Origin: Verrucomicrobiota bacterium
Lineage (GTDB): Bacteria > Verrucomicrobiota > Verrucomicrobiia > Opitutales > Coraliomargaritaceae
Length of the DNA stretch: 64,000 nt
Direction of reading: 5' to 3'
Assembly: GCA_039815375.1 (NCBI GenBank)
Contig: JBCBZJ010000003.1
Span: forward strand, 203,512 to 267,511
Shown: positions 1-10,311 of the stretch, piece by piece
Layout of the letters: each line of letters begins with the position of its first letter
Position numbering within the stretch: the first letter of the stretch is position 1
Notes under the pieces: model-generated
Seen by the model: the letters and a program-made list of their open reading frames with translations, nothing else
Database searches by the model: none
Told to the model about the DNA's origin: nothing
Position numbers and translations under genes: made by a program

Positions 1-3000
1 GTGACGTCTTCCTTCGTCTTGATGTTGCCATTTGCGTGATACGTATAAGCGAGTGTCGTCGAACCAACGGAGGCATCCTCAAGCCTATTGAGCACATCGT
101 AGCTGAAGGTCTCCGAAGTGGAGTGAACACCATCGCTGCGATAGACGAGGTTTCCGAGACCGTCGTATCGGTATTCATTTTCCTGTATGCCAGCCGAGGC
201 CGAAATACCGCTCAAATCACCTGTGGTCGTGAAACGTAAATTTCCTGCCTTGGGGTCAAAATACTGATCCGTCCATGGACCATTCGGACCACCCTTCTGG
301 AAAAGAACGGGTCTGTCTAAATAATCGTAGCCCTCACTCGCATGCGCTTTCCACCAGGTCTTGCCGTGCGTATCCGTCACCTCGGTGACATAGCTCTCCG
401 CATCGTATGAGGTGGTGTAGCCGTAGCTCTGCCAGACTCCCGGCTCCTGTGCACTGTCGTGCTCCAGGTGCGGCGGACGCCAAAAGTGAGTGACTGTCTC
501 GGGACGGCTCAGGCTATCGAAAGCAGTATGGGTGTAGAACCACTTGTTATCAATATGCTGAAGCATGAGGTAGTTATTCCCCTTATCATCGTAGTAGAAT
601 GAGTTCGCATTCGAGTAGTTTCGCAGACGGTCTTCGGGCGATTGCGACCAGCCCAAATCGAGTTCTTCTCGCTGAACGGAACCAATCCATTGATGATCAG
701 GATCGACGACCACGTGAGGCTTACCTGAATTTTCCGCCGTATCGTAATAATACCAACGCGTGGTTTCGACCGGACCATTATTGGGCTCAGTTATGGTGCG
801 GGTTAGATTGCGACTGAGAATATCGTAGGTATTGACCGTGACATTCTGGTTCGCATCGGTCTGCTGGCGGTTCCGACCGAGCGAGTCGTAAACGTAATCC
901 CACTGACCTTTGTCGGGATCGACAAGCTGCGTCTGATTTCCCAAAGCATCGTAGGCTACGGTCAACGAAACGTATTCTCCTGCGCCTTGACGGGTCTTTG
1001 TTTCGGTCATTTGCCCGAAACCATCATAGATGAATTCAAGTGAAGGATCGGAGTCGCCAGAAGTTTGGGTGATGGCAGTCGACACGTTGTCGGCGTTCCA
1101 AACTTTAACCGTTTCGCCACGCACATTCTTGAGCGTCGTGGTGGTCTGCGGAGCCGGATCGACACCGTTCATCATGGGCGCATCCACTTCGACCTGCAAG
1201 ACACGGCCAAGGTAGGTATTCGTTGTGACGGTTCCGTTTGGATCGGTTACAGTCTTCACACGCCCAGCGTCATCAAATGTGGAAATACTCCAATAAGCTG
1301 TTTCGCCTTGCTCATACGGGTTCGATTGGGCGATGACCTGTCCTCTGACGTTGTAGATGGTATCGGCAAAAGTGACCTTTCCTGCATACCCCTCTGAAAT
1401 AACCCGGATGACACGCCCCAATCGGTCGAAGTGTGTTGTAATCGGGACGGAAGCTGTCGAAACCTCCCGCGAGTAATACTTGGAAGTCAACGACAGCCCA
1501 GTGGCACTTACTGCCGCAGGCACAGTTACAGACTGTGGCCCCAGCAGACCGGATTGACCATCGGTGCTATTCAGAGTTGTTACCGTGCTTAATCCACGCA
1601 GGTTATCCTGAGCACTGATGACTCGACCTAAACCGTCATATTCCGTCGTGGCACTTTCGTTGTTAATATCTGTTGCGGAAAGAACGCGTCCATACGCATC
1701 GAATGTCGAAGTGCTGGAGTGACCGTAAGCATTCTCAACCGTCTTCGGGAACCGACCTGTCGGATCAAAATCGCTTACTTCTGATGTGATGATCTTGGAG
1801 CCGCCATCGATATCGTAGAGTGCGTCGGAAGTGAAATCTTCCAGTTCGGTCTTTTCCAATAAGCCTGTTGAGGAATACGTATACGTTTCCTTGGTGTTGA
1901 GATGTGAGCCTGCGGCTGCATTGAGCACAGGTGCTACGCTGTTCCCCGAACCAGTCGCTTGTGTATCCGTCGTCTTGGTTTCAACTTGCCCTTTGTCGTT
2001 ATAGGTAAAACGAGTTACGGGACTGCCTTGATTGCTGGCTGTGGGGGTATCTGCAACAATCTGAGTCCACTCGATGAGATCATTACGATTACCGTTCGCT
2101 GGTGAGGGTGCAAAATACTTATTGTGTGTGTCGGTCTTGTAACCATCCGAGTAATTGACGCGAATGCGCGTCATATTTCCGTAGGTGATGTCTTGCGGTA
2201 AGCCGAAGCTCGGCACCTCAGTAAGCCAATCCATAAAGCCAACCGGACTTGCGTCCTGCGTACCGGGCGGTGCATTTGCAGGATCATCAAAGGAAGAGGG
2301 CAATTCAGTTTCGGGCAATGAAGCCGTATCCTGCTCATCGAACCACACGTATGTTTCGAGTTCGCTATGTGCTAGAGCACGATTTGCTGCGTATTCGTCG
2401 TTGTATTCGGTGAATAGACTTTCGGGATCGTCAGCATCCAATGTAAGTGGATTGGCGATAGAGAATTCCCAGCGCAACTCACGGGAGTGTGACATAAAGG
2501 GAAAAACCGTGCCAGTGAGGGAACCACCGGGCGCATCAATGACTTCATCGAAGACCACATCATTGTCCTGCGAAGTGATTGGCTGAAGGTCGAGTGAAGT
2601 GATGTTTCCATTATTATCATAGACGACATTGTCCGCACGGTAAGTCTGCTCACGCTTTACTAAGCCTGTCGTGGGGAAGGACTGTGAAAGGAACTGATAT
2701 TTAAGAAGGTTAGTTTGGTGATCGAAAGTGACGAAGCTATGAAAACCTAAGTCGCCACGTCCTGAGAGGTCGGTCCTGAATCCAGAATACTGGTAGGAGA
2801 TGTGATACATATCGCTGTTGATCGTCTCACCGCTATCCCATTTTCCATTGCTATTGCTATCGATGTAGTCTGATCCGGCTCCTGAGTCTTTCCAAATATC
2901 CGAGACCACTCGGATGTGACCACTGCGCTTTTCTCTAATCGGATACTGTACTTCGGCACCCAGTGAGTAATGATCCTTACTGGTGGAATTCGTATAATCG

Positions 3001-5306
3001 ATATAGGTCACAGCACCCAAACCATCACGAATTTCAGTCAGGTAGTCGGCCACCTCGCCCTTATTGTAGGAGACACCAAAACTACCGGTTAAACCCCCAG
3101 TTATAAAATCGGCTAGCCCCGAGCCTCCGAATTCAGTATCTGTCTCAGGGAAGAAGCTTCCCGCAAAGACCTGCACATCCCAGTTTCCACCAATATCTCT
3201 TGGCAAACTCCCGGGAACAAAGACGTAATGAGGCAGAAAGGAATACCCATTAGATAGATAAACTTTAAAGCCGCCGTGACTGGTGCTCCATTTTACGATG
3301 TAATCATCTAACCCATCTCCATTCACATCTCGAAATGATGGCAGTCCGTTCTGACTGACGCTCGGAACATTTAAAGTCCAGTTCTCTGGCTCCTTCAGCC
3401 TTGAGCCGGTGTTGATCAGCACATGCAGGTCTCCATTTTTCCGATATACACCGTCCGGCAATCCGTCTCCATTGAAGTCGCCAAGACTATCAATCTGACC
3501 AATTTCGTTGTAGCCATGATTACTCCACTTCTCTTCGGGGTGATAGCCATTACCGTTGGAGAGTTCGACGTATGTTCCAGAGCCTCCGTCGTAACGATTT
3601 TTGTAAATAAGAACGTAATCGCCCATACCATCGCCATTCATGTCGAAGCCTCCGAAACCGCTGGCATTTCCTCGCTTATCAGGCGCGTGCGTCACTGGTT
3701 GCTGATCGAATATACCCGTTGAGTAACCAGCTGGCACAGCTCCACGTTCACTTTCTACCAAATATTGATAGCTTTTTGTGTAATCATCACGGCCATCACC
3801 ATCAAAATCTGCCTTGGTGATACGACTTCCTCCAACTAGAGCGTAACCCTCTCCACTCGGGCCTAATGAAGGCTGCCCGTAGCTCAGACTATCTGATCGG
3901 AAGAACGGGATCCGGTAAGCCGCCCAATAAGATCCCAGAGAGAAAACAATATCGTCTACGCCATCACCATCTGTGTCACCAACTCGTATCGCCTGAATAT
4001 TTCCGTAGAGATTTTCGCTGCCTCTAAAATCTACTGAGTAAAAATCTTCAAAGTCGTGATCGGGCCCACCGAGAACAACACCAATTGCACTGTTCTGACC
4101 TACGTTGTCTCCGTAAGCAAAGACGAGGTCTGTTGCTCCGTCTCCATTAACATCGCCTGTCTGCATATCAACGTAAGCAGCCTCGTTCTCTCTTGCCAGA
4201 TATCTTTGTTGAGCAAAAAAACTTACGTCAGGCATCGTATTGATATCGTTGATCCTGAACTTCTCATACGCTTTTTGCCCACCGGCTTCGTCAAGTTCAC
4301 CACGATACTTAAAGCTGGTTGGCTCAATATTGTGGGCTACACCGTTTATATACGATGTCCGTTGCACGGACATCAATAGGCTACGAAAAGTGCTGTGGCT
4401 CACCTCATAATTAAGTGTATAGCGCGACAACTGCGTCTCGACGCTACCTGCTAGACTGTAGACATCAATATACTTGAGAATTTGGGTCGAAGGTATGGCT
4501 CCTCCCCACTTGTAGTATTGCCGATGGTCCAAACGATTTTCGTAGATGAATACGACTTTTGCGACAGGGTCTTCCTGTGATTCATTACTGCCATAATGAA
4601 TTTCTTCTAGGACATACTCACCAGTGTTATTGCTGTTGGCATCGAGGATATTCCCGTAGTCATACTTAATGTAACCGTTCGTTGGGTTTTCAACCTGTCT
4701 GAGTTTCCATGCGTATGGGATATCGAGATGAACGTCACCCGCATTCCCACCCAGTAGAGTGGTTGCGTATCCGTCCGTTGCACCAAGGCCACCAAAATCC
4801 ATGGTGATGCCACTCTTGGCTGTTAGCGTAAAGGTCGCACTCTCGTCTGTTGAAACAAGGTTGGCATCAATTTTAGAAAAATCCTCAACTTCGGTGCGGT
4901 ATTGTGTTCCTGCTGCACCATGGGTGCCTGTTACTGGAATAAGCCGTTTGCCATCAAGATACAGCTTGTCTTCAGCTGTAAAATTAACCTCTCGTAGGCT
5001 GCCGTCGCGAGCCATGATATTACGACCGCGAACAATTTGATTGGGATATCCATGAACCAAACTCCAACCAAGTCCGGCAACTCCATTTCCGTTATTACTG
5101 TTATAGTTTAGAGAGACACTAGGCTGCATTCCATTGACACCCGGCGGCAGCTCAATGGGGATTGAGTAATTTGCAGCCCCCTTATTATCGACTGAGAATT
5201 TAGCTGGTAAGGTGCCTACGAGATCGGTCGTGTTGGCATATGCAGAAGTCACAGCTCCGATCAAAAGTGCGGCAACTAGTGAAAATAAGTTAATCCGTTT
5301 AAACAT
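1..5306 (-). CDS. Large secreted RHS/YD-repeat protein with SpvB/TcdB-like N-terminus and FG-GAP repeats (C-terminus lies beyond window start)
   Basis: Absent from ORF track because it runs off the window. Hand translation from ATG 5306 gives MFKRINLFSLVAALLIGAVTSAYANTTDLVGTLPAKFSVDNKGAANYSIPIELPPGVNGMQPSVSLNYNSNNGNGVAGLGWSL (signal peptide plus SpvB-type motif). FG-GAP-like motifs GDVNGDG, GDTDGDG, ADFDGDG, GDFNGDG and DVNGDG lie at ~3300-4160. The same frame reads ...TLAYTYHANGNIKTKEDV at the window edge (YD-type). Not every intervening codon was checked. Confidence 0.88.
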   Translation of the reverse strand, partial: MFKRINLFSLVAALLIGAVTSAYANTTDLVGTLPAKFSVDNKGAANYSIPIELPPGVNGMQPSVSLNYNSNNGNGVAGLGWSLVHGYPNQIVRGRNIMARDGSLREVNFTAEDKLYLDGKRLIPVTGTHGAAGTQYRTEVEDFSKIDANLVSTDESATFTLTAKSGITMDFGGLGATDGYATTLLGGNAGDVHLDIPYAWKLRQVENPTNGYIKYDYGNILDANSNNTGEYVLEEIHYGSNESQEDPVAKVVFIYENRLDHRQYYKWGGAIPSTQILKYIDVYSLAGSVETQLSRYTLNYEVSHSTFRSLLMSVQRTSYINGVAHNIEPTSFKYRGELDEAGGQKAYEKFRINDINTMPDVSFFAQQRYLARENEAAYVDMQTGDVNGDGATDLVFAYGDNVGQNSAIGVVLGGPDHDFEDFYSVDFRGSENLYGNIQAIRVGDTDGDGVDDIVFSLGSYWAAYRIPFFRSDSLSYGQPSLGPSGEGYALVGGSRITKADFDGDGRDDYTKSYQYLVESERGAVPAGYSTGIFDQQPVTHAPDKRGNASGFGGFDMNGDGMGDYVLIYKNRYDGGSGTYVELSNGNGYHPEEKWSNHGYNEIGQIDSLGDFNGDGLPDGVYRKNGDLHVLINTGSRLKEPENWTLNVPSVSQNGLPSFRDVNGDGLDDYIVKWSTSHGGFKVYLSNGYSFLPHYVFVPGSLPRDIGGNWDVQVFAGSFFPETDTEFGGSGLADFITGGLTGSFGVSYNKGEVADYLTEIRDGLGAVTYIDYTNSTSKDHYSLGAEVQYPIREKRSGHIRVVSDIWKDSGAGSDYIDSNSNGKWDSGETINSDMYHISYQYSGFRTDLSGRGDLGFHSFVTFDHQTNLLKYQFLSQSFPTTGLVKREQTYRADNVVYDNNGNITSLDLQPITSQDNDVVFDEVIDAPGGSLTGTVFPFMSHSRELRWEFSIANPLTLDADDPESLFTEYNDEYAANRALAHSELETYVWFDEQDTASLPETELPSSFDDPANAPPGTQDASPVGFMDWLTEVPSFGLPQDITYGNMTRIRVNYSDGYKTDTHNKYFAPSPANGNRNDLIEWTQIVADTPTASNQGSPVTRFTYNDKGQVETKTTDTQATGSGNSVAPVLNAAAGSHLNTKETYTYSSTGLLEKTELEDFTSDALYDIDGGSKIITSEVSDFDPTGRFPKTVENAYGHSSTSTFDAYGRVLSATDINNESATTEYDGLGRVISAQDNLRGLSTVTTLNSTDGQSGLLGPQSVTVPAAVSATGLSLTSKYYSREVSTASVPITTHFDRLGRVIRVISEGYAGKVTFADTIYNVRGQVIAQSNPYEQGETAYWSISTFDDAGRVKTVTDPNGTVTTNTYLGRVLQVEVDAPMMNGVDPAPQTTTTLKNVRGETVKVWNADNVSTAITQTSGDSDPSLEFIYDGFGQMTETKTRQGAGEYVSLTVAYDALGNQTQLVDPDKGQWDYVYDSLGRNRQQTDANQNVTVNTYDILSRNLTRTITEPNNGPVETTRWYYYDTAENSGKPHVVVDPDHQWIGSVQREELDLGWSQSPEDRLRNYSNANSFYYDDKGNNYLMLQHIDNKWFYTHTAFDSLSRPETVTHFWRPPHLEHDSAQEPGVWQSYGYTTSYDAESYVTEVTDTHGKTWWKAHASEGYDYLDRPVLFQKGGPNGPWTDQYFDPKAGNLRFTTTGDLSGISASAGIQENEYRYDGLGNLVYRSDGVHSTSETFSYDVLNRLEDASVGSTTLAYTYHANGNIKTKEDV

Positions 5307-5314
5307 TACAAAAT

Positions 5315-5668
5315 TTATTGAGCGTTGGACGGCTGCGCTGCGTTTGTAAGAGTGTTAAAGACCATATTCTGAAGAATACGCTGGTTTTCAGGTGAATCTG
5401 GATTGCTAATGGCGTCAGTTCGAAGCGGTGCATGTGCCTGAATCATCCGACGCGTATTGGTGACCGCGACGGATTCAGTTTTGGCAGGCTCCTCAATAAC
5501 TTTCGACGCCTGCTTTTCAACCTCGCTGACTCCAGACGTATCAACATCCGGCTTTTGTTCACTAATAATTTCAGCTAAGCTAACCTCATTAGGCAAGTTA
5601 CTCAGGATGATAAAAACCAAAGCAGCGACAGCTGCGATGGATATAAGAATGACTAAACGCAGTTTCAT
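5315..5668 (-). CDS. Small membrane-anchored/secreted hypothetical protein
   Basis: 117-aa ORF with N-terminal hydrophobic helix (MKLRLVILISIAAVAALVFIIL); 8-nt and 18-nt gaps to co-oriented neighbours. Confidence 0.7.
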   Translation of the reverse strand: MKLRLVILISIAAVAALVFIILSNLPNEVSLAEIISEQKPDVDTSGVSEVEKQASKVIEEPAKTESVAVTNTRRMIQAHAPLRTDAISNPDSPENQRILQNMVFNTLTNAAQPSNAQ

Positions 5669-5686
5669 TGTTGATCGAATTCCAGG

Positions 5687-6655
5687 TTAATTACCGAGTT
5701 TATTAAGAGTTCGATTCGCCTGATTGACCGCATAATATCCTTCGCCCGGAACAACGATCAGGCAAGCAGTCCCACTGACAGCAACCTTTGCCTGTAGCGT
5801 GCTATTTAAGATGGCATCAGATCCGTTTTCGATGGGTTCGACAATTGCGTCCGATAGCAGATCACCGTCTGTATCTGCAACAGAACCGGAAACGGCTATA
5901 TTCACTGTTTCGATTACCCTCGGGTCGAATCCCAACTGGAATTCCTCGAGATCCGTAAAGGCGTCGCCATCCCAATTGGAATCGATTCCAGATGCTGTTA
6001 CTAGATCTCCAAACCAATACTCCTCCCAAAAGTCCGGTAAACCATCAGGTCCCTCAATGTCTTCGTCGCGACTAGCCCATTGAATTAGATCCCATGAGAA
6101 CAAGTGCTTTGCCTGGCCGATCAGGGCGATGTTCATATTCTCGGGTGTTTGGTCGTCTTTCCAGGGATAGAGCAACGAGTTGTCGCCCATGCCTTCATCA
6201 AGAACAATCGCAGGATTCCAGCCCGTGCTGCCCGGCTGATAGCCAATTTCAGCAAACCTGTCATAGAATTTGCTCACCACATATTTAAGCTGGCCGATCG
6301 CCGCTGGTGAATAATACGAGGGTGTTTTAGTCGGATCACGGAAATCATCGACAGTAAATCCGGCACCTCCAATCGGCCCGAGCTGTTCGTCGAGCTCCTG
6401 AATGCCAATATCCGCGATGTGCAGCAGCTGTCCCTGCAGAATGGGCGACCAATTGCCGGGATTGTCCAAACTGGACACATCAATCATGCTCTTGGCCGGG
6501 TCTGCATCATACCACCATTCGGGATAACCGGTAGGCCAATTGATCTCGGGAGGGACTTGCCCCATCACGGATGCTGTTGATGCGAGAAGGCCTGCCAAAG
6601 CAGCTGGAATTAAAGCTTTCTGATGAAATGACGTCTTTTGGTGATTCAAATTCAT
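5687..6655 (-). CDS. Secreted hypothetical protein with three GQ(L/A)x repeats and acidic DxDGD Ca-binding-like motifs
   Basis: 322-aa ORF with signal peptide; DGLPDFWEEYWFG, DGDAFTDLEEFQLG and DTDGDLLSD motifs typical of verrucomicrobial extracellular proteins. Confidence 0.8.
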   Translation of the reverse strand: MNLNHQKTSFHQKALIPAALAGLLASTASVMGQVPPEINWPTGYPEWWYDADPAKSMIDVSSLDNPGNWSPILQGQLLHIADIGIQELDEQLGPIGGAGFTVDDFRDPTKTPSYYSPAAIGQLKYVVSKFYDRFAEIGYQPGSTGWNPAIVLDEGMGDNSLLYPWKDDQTPENMNIALIGQAKHLFSWDLIQWASRDEDIEGPDGLPDFWEEYWFGDLVTASGIDSNWDGDAFTDLEEFQLGFDPRVIETVNIAVSGSVADTDGDLLSDAIVEPIENGSDAILNSTLQAKVAVSGTACLIVVPGEGYYAVNQANRTLNKLGN

Positions 6656-7242
6656 TACATGGAGTAAATGTTTCCAGTGAGCTGCGGTAGCGTTTGTTCA
6701 GTTTGATGCGCTTCGGATTCCGTCAAATCGGATTTGTCCAAAGAGGATTCGGAAGTATCGAATGAAGCAATGTGAGGAATGTCAGCGTAAAACTGCGTCA
6801 CAGGAGAAAAACGATCTTCCCTAACGGGCGTAGCCTCCGGACCTTATTCGACAAGATGAGCCGGAGTGTGTGAAATCTGGAGGCTGGAAGGTTGTTGTTC
6901 TGGCTGGAAAGCGAAAGTAAGACCGAGGAATACGGCAAACACGGCTGCGAGTCCAGCGGCCATTCGAATTATAAGCCACCTTCCTAATGCAAAGGATTGG
7001 AAATGCACCCAAATGGTGTTTTCGAATTGTTCCGATTCCGGCGGCGGCCGGACCGGTCTTACCGCTTCGCTCGGAACTTAGGCGGGAAGCGCACATTGCT
7101 GCCCATCAGAGCTACAGTCACGTAGGATGATACGCTTTCTTCGCTCTTCGGTTGCCGAGCACACTTCTCAGCCCATGGCATCATCCAGGATGAAGGATGG
7201 TGAGGATGTATCTTTGCGCTCGGTTGCGCATGTCGATGGTGC

Positions 7243-7282
7243 AAAAAAAGGCCGGCATTTGCGAAACTGCAAACACCGGCCT
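7243..7282 (-). terminator. Rho-independent terminator of the TonB receptor gene
   Basis: Minus strand AGGCCGGTGTTTGC-AGTTTC-GCAAATGCCGGCCT hairpin followed by a T run, 40 nt after the stop at 7323. Confidence 0.8.
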
Positions 7283-7322
7283 GGAGAGATTAGTATAAAC
7301 TATACTATAGAAGTTTTGCTAA

Positions 7323-9440
7323 CTAGAAACGGCCAGTTATAGAGAAGCGTGCGCTGATTGGCGCGCCGACTGTGGCCTGGTGCGTGCTGTGTGAACTTGG
7401 GTAGTATTCTTCGTCGAAGAGATTTTCTATGTTCACCTGGAGCCTTAGGTTCTCATTGATCTGATAGTAGGCTGCTGCATCAACGCGAACGAAGTCAGGG
7501 AGTGTGGCACTGTTGCTATTGTTGATGAAGCTTTCATCCTGATAGATTGCGCCGAGACCCAGAGCAAATTGCTCGGTGAATTGGTATCGATTCCAGATCG
7601 AGAAGGTATTTTGAGGCAATTCGCGAGGGTCGTTTCCTTCAAGAGCAGGGTCGTTATCGAATTTTTCGACTTCACCCTCCAGGTAACTGTAGCCTGCGGA
7701 CAAAAACCAGTTTTCGGTGATTTGACCTGCGAGTTGAGCTTCAAAGCCTTGGACCTCTCTTTCAATTTTTGCCACCAAAGATGGATCATTATCGTCAGTC
7801 TCACGCGAATCTTCATCGATTTGGAAGATCGCTGCAGTCAGGCTGAAGCCGTCGGCGAAGTCCCATTTAACACCTGCTTCGAGATTGCTGAATTCGTCTG
7901 GGTCAAGGCCCGCATCACCAAGGTTGGCGAATTGCTCGCCGCTCTGAGGAAGGAAGGTTTCGCTGTAGCTGGCGTAGAGTGAGATGTTCTTCTGCGGCTT
8001 GTAGATGATGCCACCGCGAGGGGTGAACTCCTCGTCCTTCTGGCTGCCGTTAGTTGTGCCGGATACGTCGATGTCGAAGCTATCAAAGCGAGCACCGAGC
8101 ACGAGTGTGAGTTCTTCAAGAAGCTGGATTTCGTCCTGAATGTAGAAGGAGAAAACTTCAAGGTCTGTTTCGGTGTCGTCGTTGAGATCGGTGAAAGGAC
8201 CTGCATCAAGACCGCCGGCGTTGAAGCCGACGCCCGGGATGTTGCGCTGGCTAATAAGAAAATCCTGTTGGTCTTCTGTGTCAGGGCCTGGATCAAAGTC
8301 TGGGTTGAAACGGTCGTTCTCGGACTGGCTGTCGATGTATTCTGCACCGAAGAGGATCTTGTGCTCGATATCGCCGGTTTCGAGTTCGGCAATCAAGTTG
8401 CCCGAGAGCACGAAATTTTCTCGCTGTGTAGTGTCAACGTATCCGTCCAGGGTAACCGTATCTGGGTCGCCCGCTTCGTCGTATCCTGCTGCGTAGAAGT
8501 TAGAGTAGAGCTTATCATAGTCGCCGTAGGACGCGGTCAGATTGCCCTTCAATACGTCGGAGAACCTGTGCTGAAGCAATGCACGGAAGACATGCGCTTC
8601 GAATTCCGAAAAGTTCCGGTCCGGGTCGCCGAAGACAATGCCGTCGAGTGCGTCGACTGGCTCGCCATCTGAACCGGTTGGAATACCGCGGTCGATCGAA
8701 CGGTCGTAGTCGAGATACTCGTAGGATACATCCAAAGTTGTGTCCTCGCTTAGAATAAACTTGAAGGTTGGGGTTACACCAAAAGCGTCACCATCAGAGA
8801 AATCGCGATGATTTTCGAAGGCATCGTAGTAGGCGTTGAGGCGGAATGCTGAGCTTTCGTTGATACTTACATTGCCGTCGACCTGAGCATCGTATCCGCC
8901 GAAGGTATCAACGCTGAGTGAATAGCCATAGAACTCTTCACCTATTTCAGCTTTCTTCGTAACACGGTTGAGAATACCACCAGCGCCGCCACGGCCAAAG
9001 AGGAGTGCATTTGGTCCGCGAAGGATCTCGACCTGCTCAATATTGTAGAGCGGGCGGTAATATTGCACGTCATCGCGAACGCTATCGACATAGAAGTCAG
9101 CAGTCGAACGCACGCCGCGGAAGACGACGGCGTCACGGTGAGCCTCACCCTGGGAGATGTTTACTCCTGGAGTGTAAGCAACGATGTCTTCAATGCTGTC
9201 AAAGCCACGAAGGGAAATCTCTTCAGCACTAGTCAACGAGAGACTCTGTGGCACGTTAATGATCGGAGTCGGCGTCTTGAGCGCATTGACCTGGTCATTA
9301 TAGAGGGAATTGCCCGTTACGGCATATTCGCTGAGTTCGACAGGGTTCTCGTCGGTATCTTTCTGCCCGTAGAGCGTAGATGCAGACAGCAGCAGGGATA
9401 ATGCTGCTGTCCTTGTGAGTGTTGTGACTCGTTTATTCAT
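7323..9440 (-). CDS. TonB-dependent siderophore/iron receptor (Fiu/PiuA-like)
   Basis: 705 aa, signal peptide, plug motifs (KTPTPIINVPQSLS, VEILRGPNALLFGRGGAGGILNRVTK), NIENLFDEEYY, C-terminal Phe. Confidence 0.9.
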   Translation of the reverse strand: MNKRVTTLTRTAALSLLLSASTLYGQKDTDENPVELSEYAVTGNSLYNDQVNALKTPTPIINVPQSLSLTSAEEISLRGFDSIEDIVAYTPGVNISQGEAHRDAVVFRGVRSTADFYVDSVRDDVQYYRPLYNIEQVEILRGPNALLFGRGGAGGILNRVTKKAEIGEEFYGYSLSVDTFGGYDAQVDGNVSINESSAFRLNAYYDAFENHRDFSDGDAFGVTPTFKFILSEDTTLDVSYEYLDYDRSIDRGIPTGSDGEPVDALDGIVFGDPDRNFSEFEAHVFRALLQHRFSDVLKGNLTASYGDYDKLYSNFYAAGYDEAGDPDTVTLDGYVDTTQRENFVLSGNLIAELETGDIEHKILFGAEYIDSQSENDRFNPDFDPGPDTEDQQDFLISQRNIPGVGFNAGGLDAGPFTDLNDDTETDLEVFSFYIQDEIQLLEELTLVLGARFDSFDIDVSGTTNGSQKDEEFTPRGGIIYKPQKNISLYASYSETFLPQSGEQFANLGDAGLDPDEFSNLEAGVKWDFADGFSLTAAIFQIDEDSRETDDNDPSLVAKIEREVQGFEAQLAGQITENWFLSAGYSYLEGEVEKFDNDPALEGNDPRELPQNTFSIWNRYQFTEQFALGLGAIYQDESFINNSNSATLPDFVRVDAAAYYQINENLRLQVNIENLFDEEYYPSSHSTHQATVGAPISARFSITGRF

Positions 9441-9488
9441 ATGTATGTTAAGCTAGGGTTTGTTTGACTTTTTGTTTTGCTGCGATCC

Positions 9489-9562
9489 TTATTGAGACGG
9501 AGTCGCGAGTTCGAGCAGCACATACAGAAAATTACAGGAGGCAAGATAATGAGTCTCAATAA
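9489..9562. promoter_or_regulatory. Two candidate Fur-type iron boxes
   Basis: GATAATGAGTCTCAATAA (9545-9562) resembles Fur consensus GATAATGATAATCATTATC; TTATTGAGAC (9489-9498) is the exact reverse complement of GTCTCAATAA (9553-9562); both lie upstream of an iron-type receptor. Confidence 0.55.
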
Positions 9563-9750
9563 CAGAAAATATTTTGCATGGCATTTCCTACGCTAATAAT
9601 TTTCGGCATATCTAGTCTGTTTGCTTTATTTATAAAACGTTAGTTTTCGAGCGTCAGAATATCCGTATTTTAGCGTGTTATGCTGAGGACTTGTCCGCAT
9701 GAAGCCCCCCGGTTGTGGATTAACCGGGCACTCGGGCTGATCGTGATTTG

Positions 9751-10311
9751 CTAGGGACGAGCGTAGAAGACCGCATTAGGCTTGTCTTTTCCGGCTTTTC
9801 CGAGGCGTCGTGCAATTTTCCAACCATCCAGTTCGAGCTCAAGACTGCCGGGCATCTCGAAGCAGATCAATCCACCCTCGGCGACGATAGGCGAGATGTG
9901 TTCTACAAAAATATCAGGAATCCGGGTCTCGATCATGGCGTAGGGCGGGTCCATGAAGATGATATCAAAAGGTCCGAGACCGCGTGGGATAGTGTAGATT
10001 TTTTGGGCCAGTAAAGGCCAGTCGTCGGAACTCGCGTTGCAGCTTTTAACCACAGCGGCGATATTCTTGCGCAGGCACGCCACTGCATCAGGGCTATTTT
10101 CGACGAATAGGCCGCCGCTTGCCCCGCGACTCATCGCTTCGAGGCCGTAGGCACCTGTGCCGGCGAAGAGATCGGCGATTCGGGCACCTTCGATACGTGA
10201 GCCAAGGGAGGAGAAGACGGCTTCGCGAAGTTGGTCTGTTGCGGGGCGTGTGCCATCGCCTTTGGGAGCGGTCAATTGAATGCCGCGAGCTTTACCTCCA
10301 GTGACTCTCAT
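9751..10311 (-). CDS. rsmD: 16S rRNA m2G966 methyltransferase
   Basis: MRVTGGKARG...TRPATDQLREAVFSSL, DLFAGTGAYGLEAMSRGA and FMDPPY motifs; start taken at ATG 10311 (ORF track extends to 10350). Confidence 0.92.
   Translation of the reverse strand: MRVTGGKARGIQLTAPKGDGTRPATDQLREAVFSSLGSRIEGARIADLFAGTGAYGLEAMSRGASGGLFVENSPDAVACLRKNIAAVVKSCNASSDDWPLLAQKIYTIPRGLGPFDIIFMDPPYAMIETRIPDIFVEHISPIVAEGGLICFEMPGSLELELDGWKIARRLGKAGKDKPNAVFYARP

Noticed and set aside
36..5040. Many short ORFs in the track over 1-5 kb
   Set aside because: They are shadows of the long minus-strand RHS frame
6844..7008. 54-aa minus-strand ORF with one hydrophobic stretch (MAAGLAAVFAVFLGLTFAF), possibly an anti-sigma remnant
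   Set aside because: Short, with no recognisable motif or partner gene; cannot be supported
7125..7186. GGATGAT...ATCATCC bounded stem suggesting an ncRNA
   Set aside because: Only a short terminal pairing and no match to RNA families I recognise
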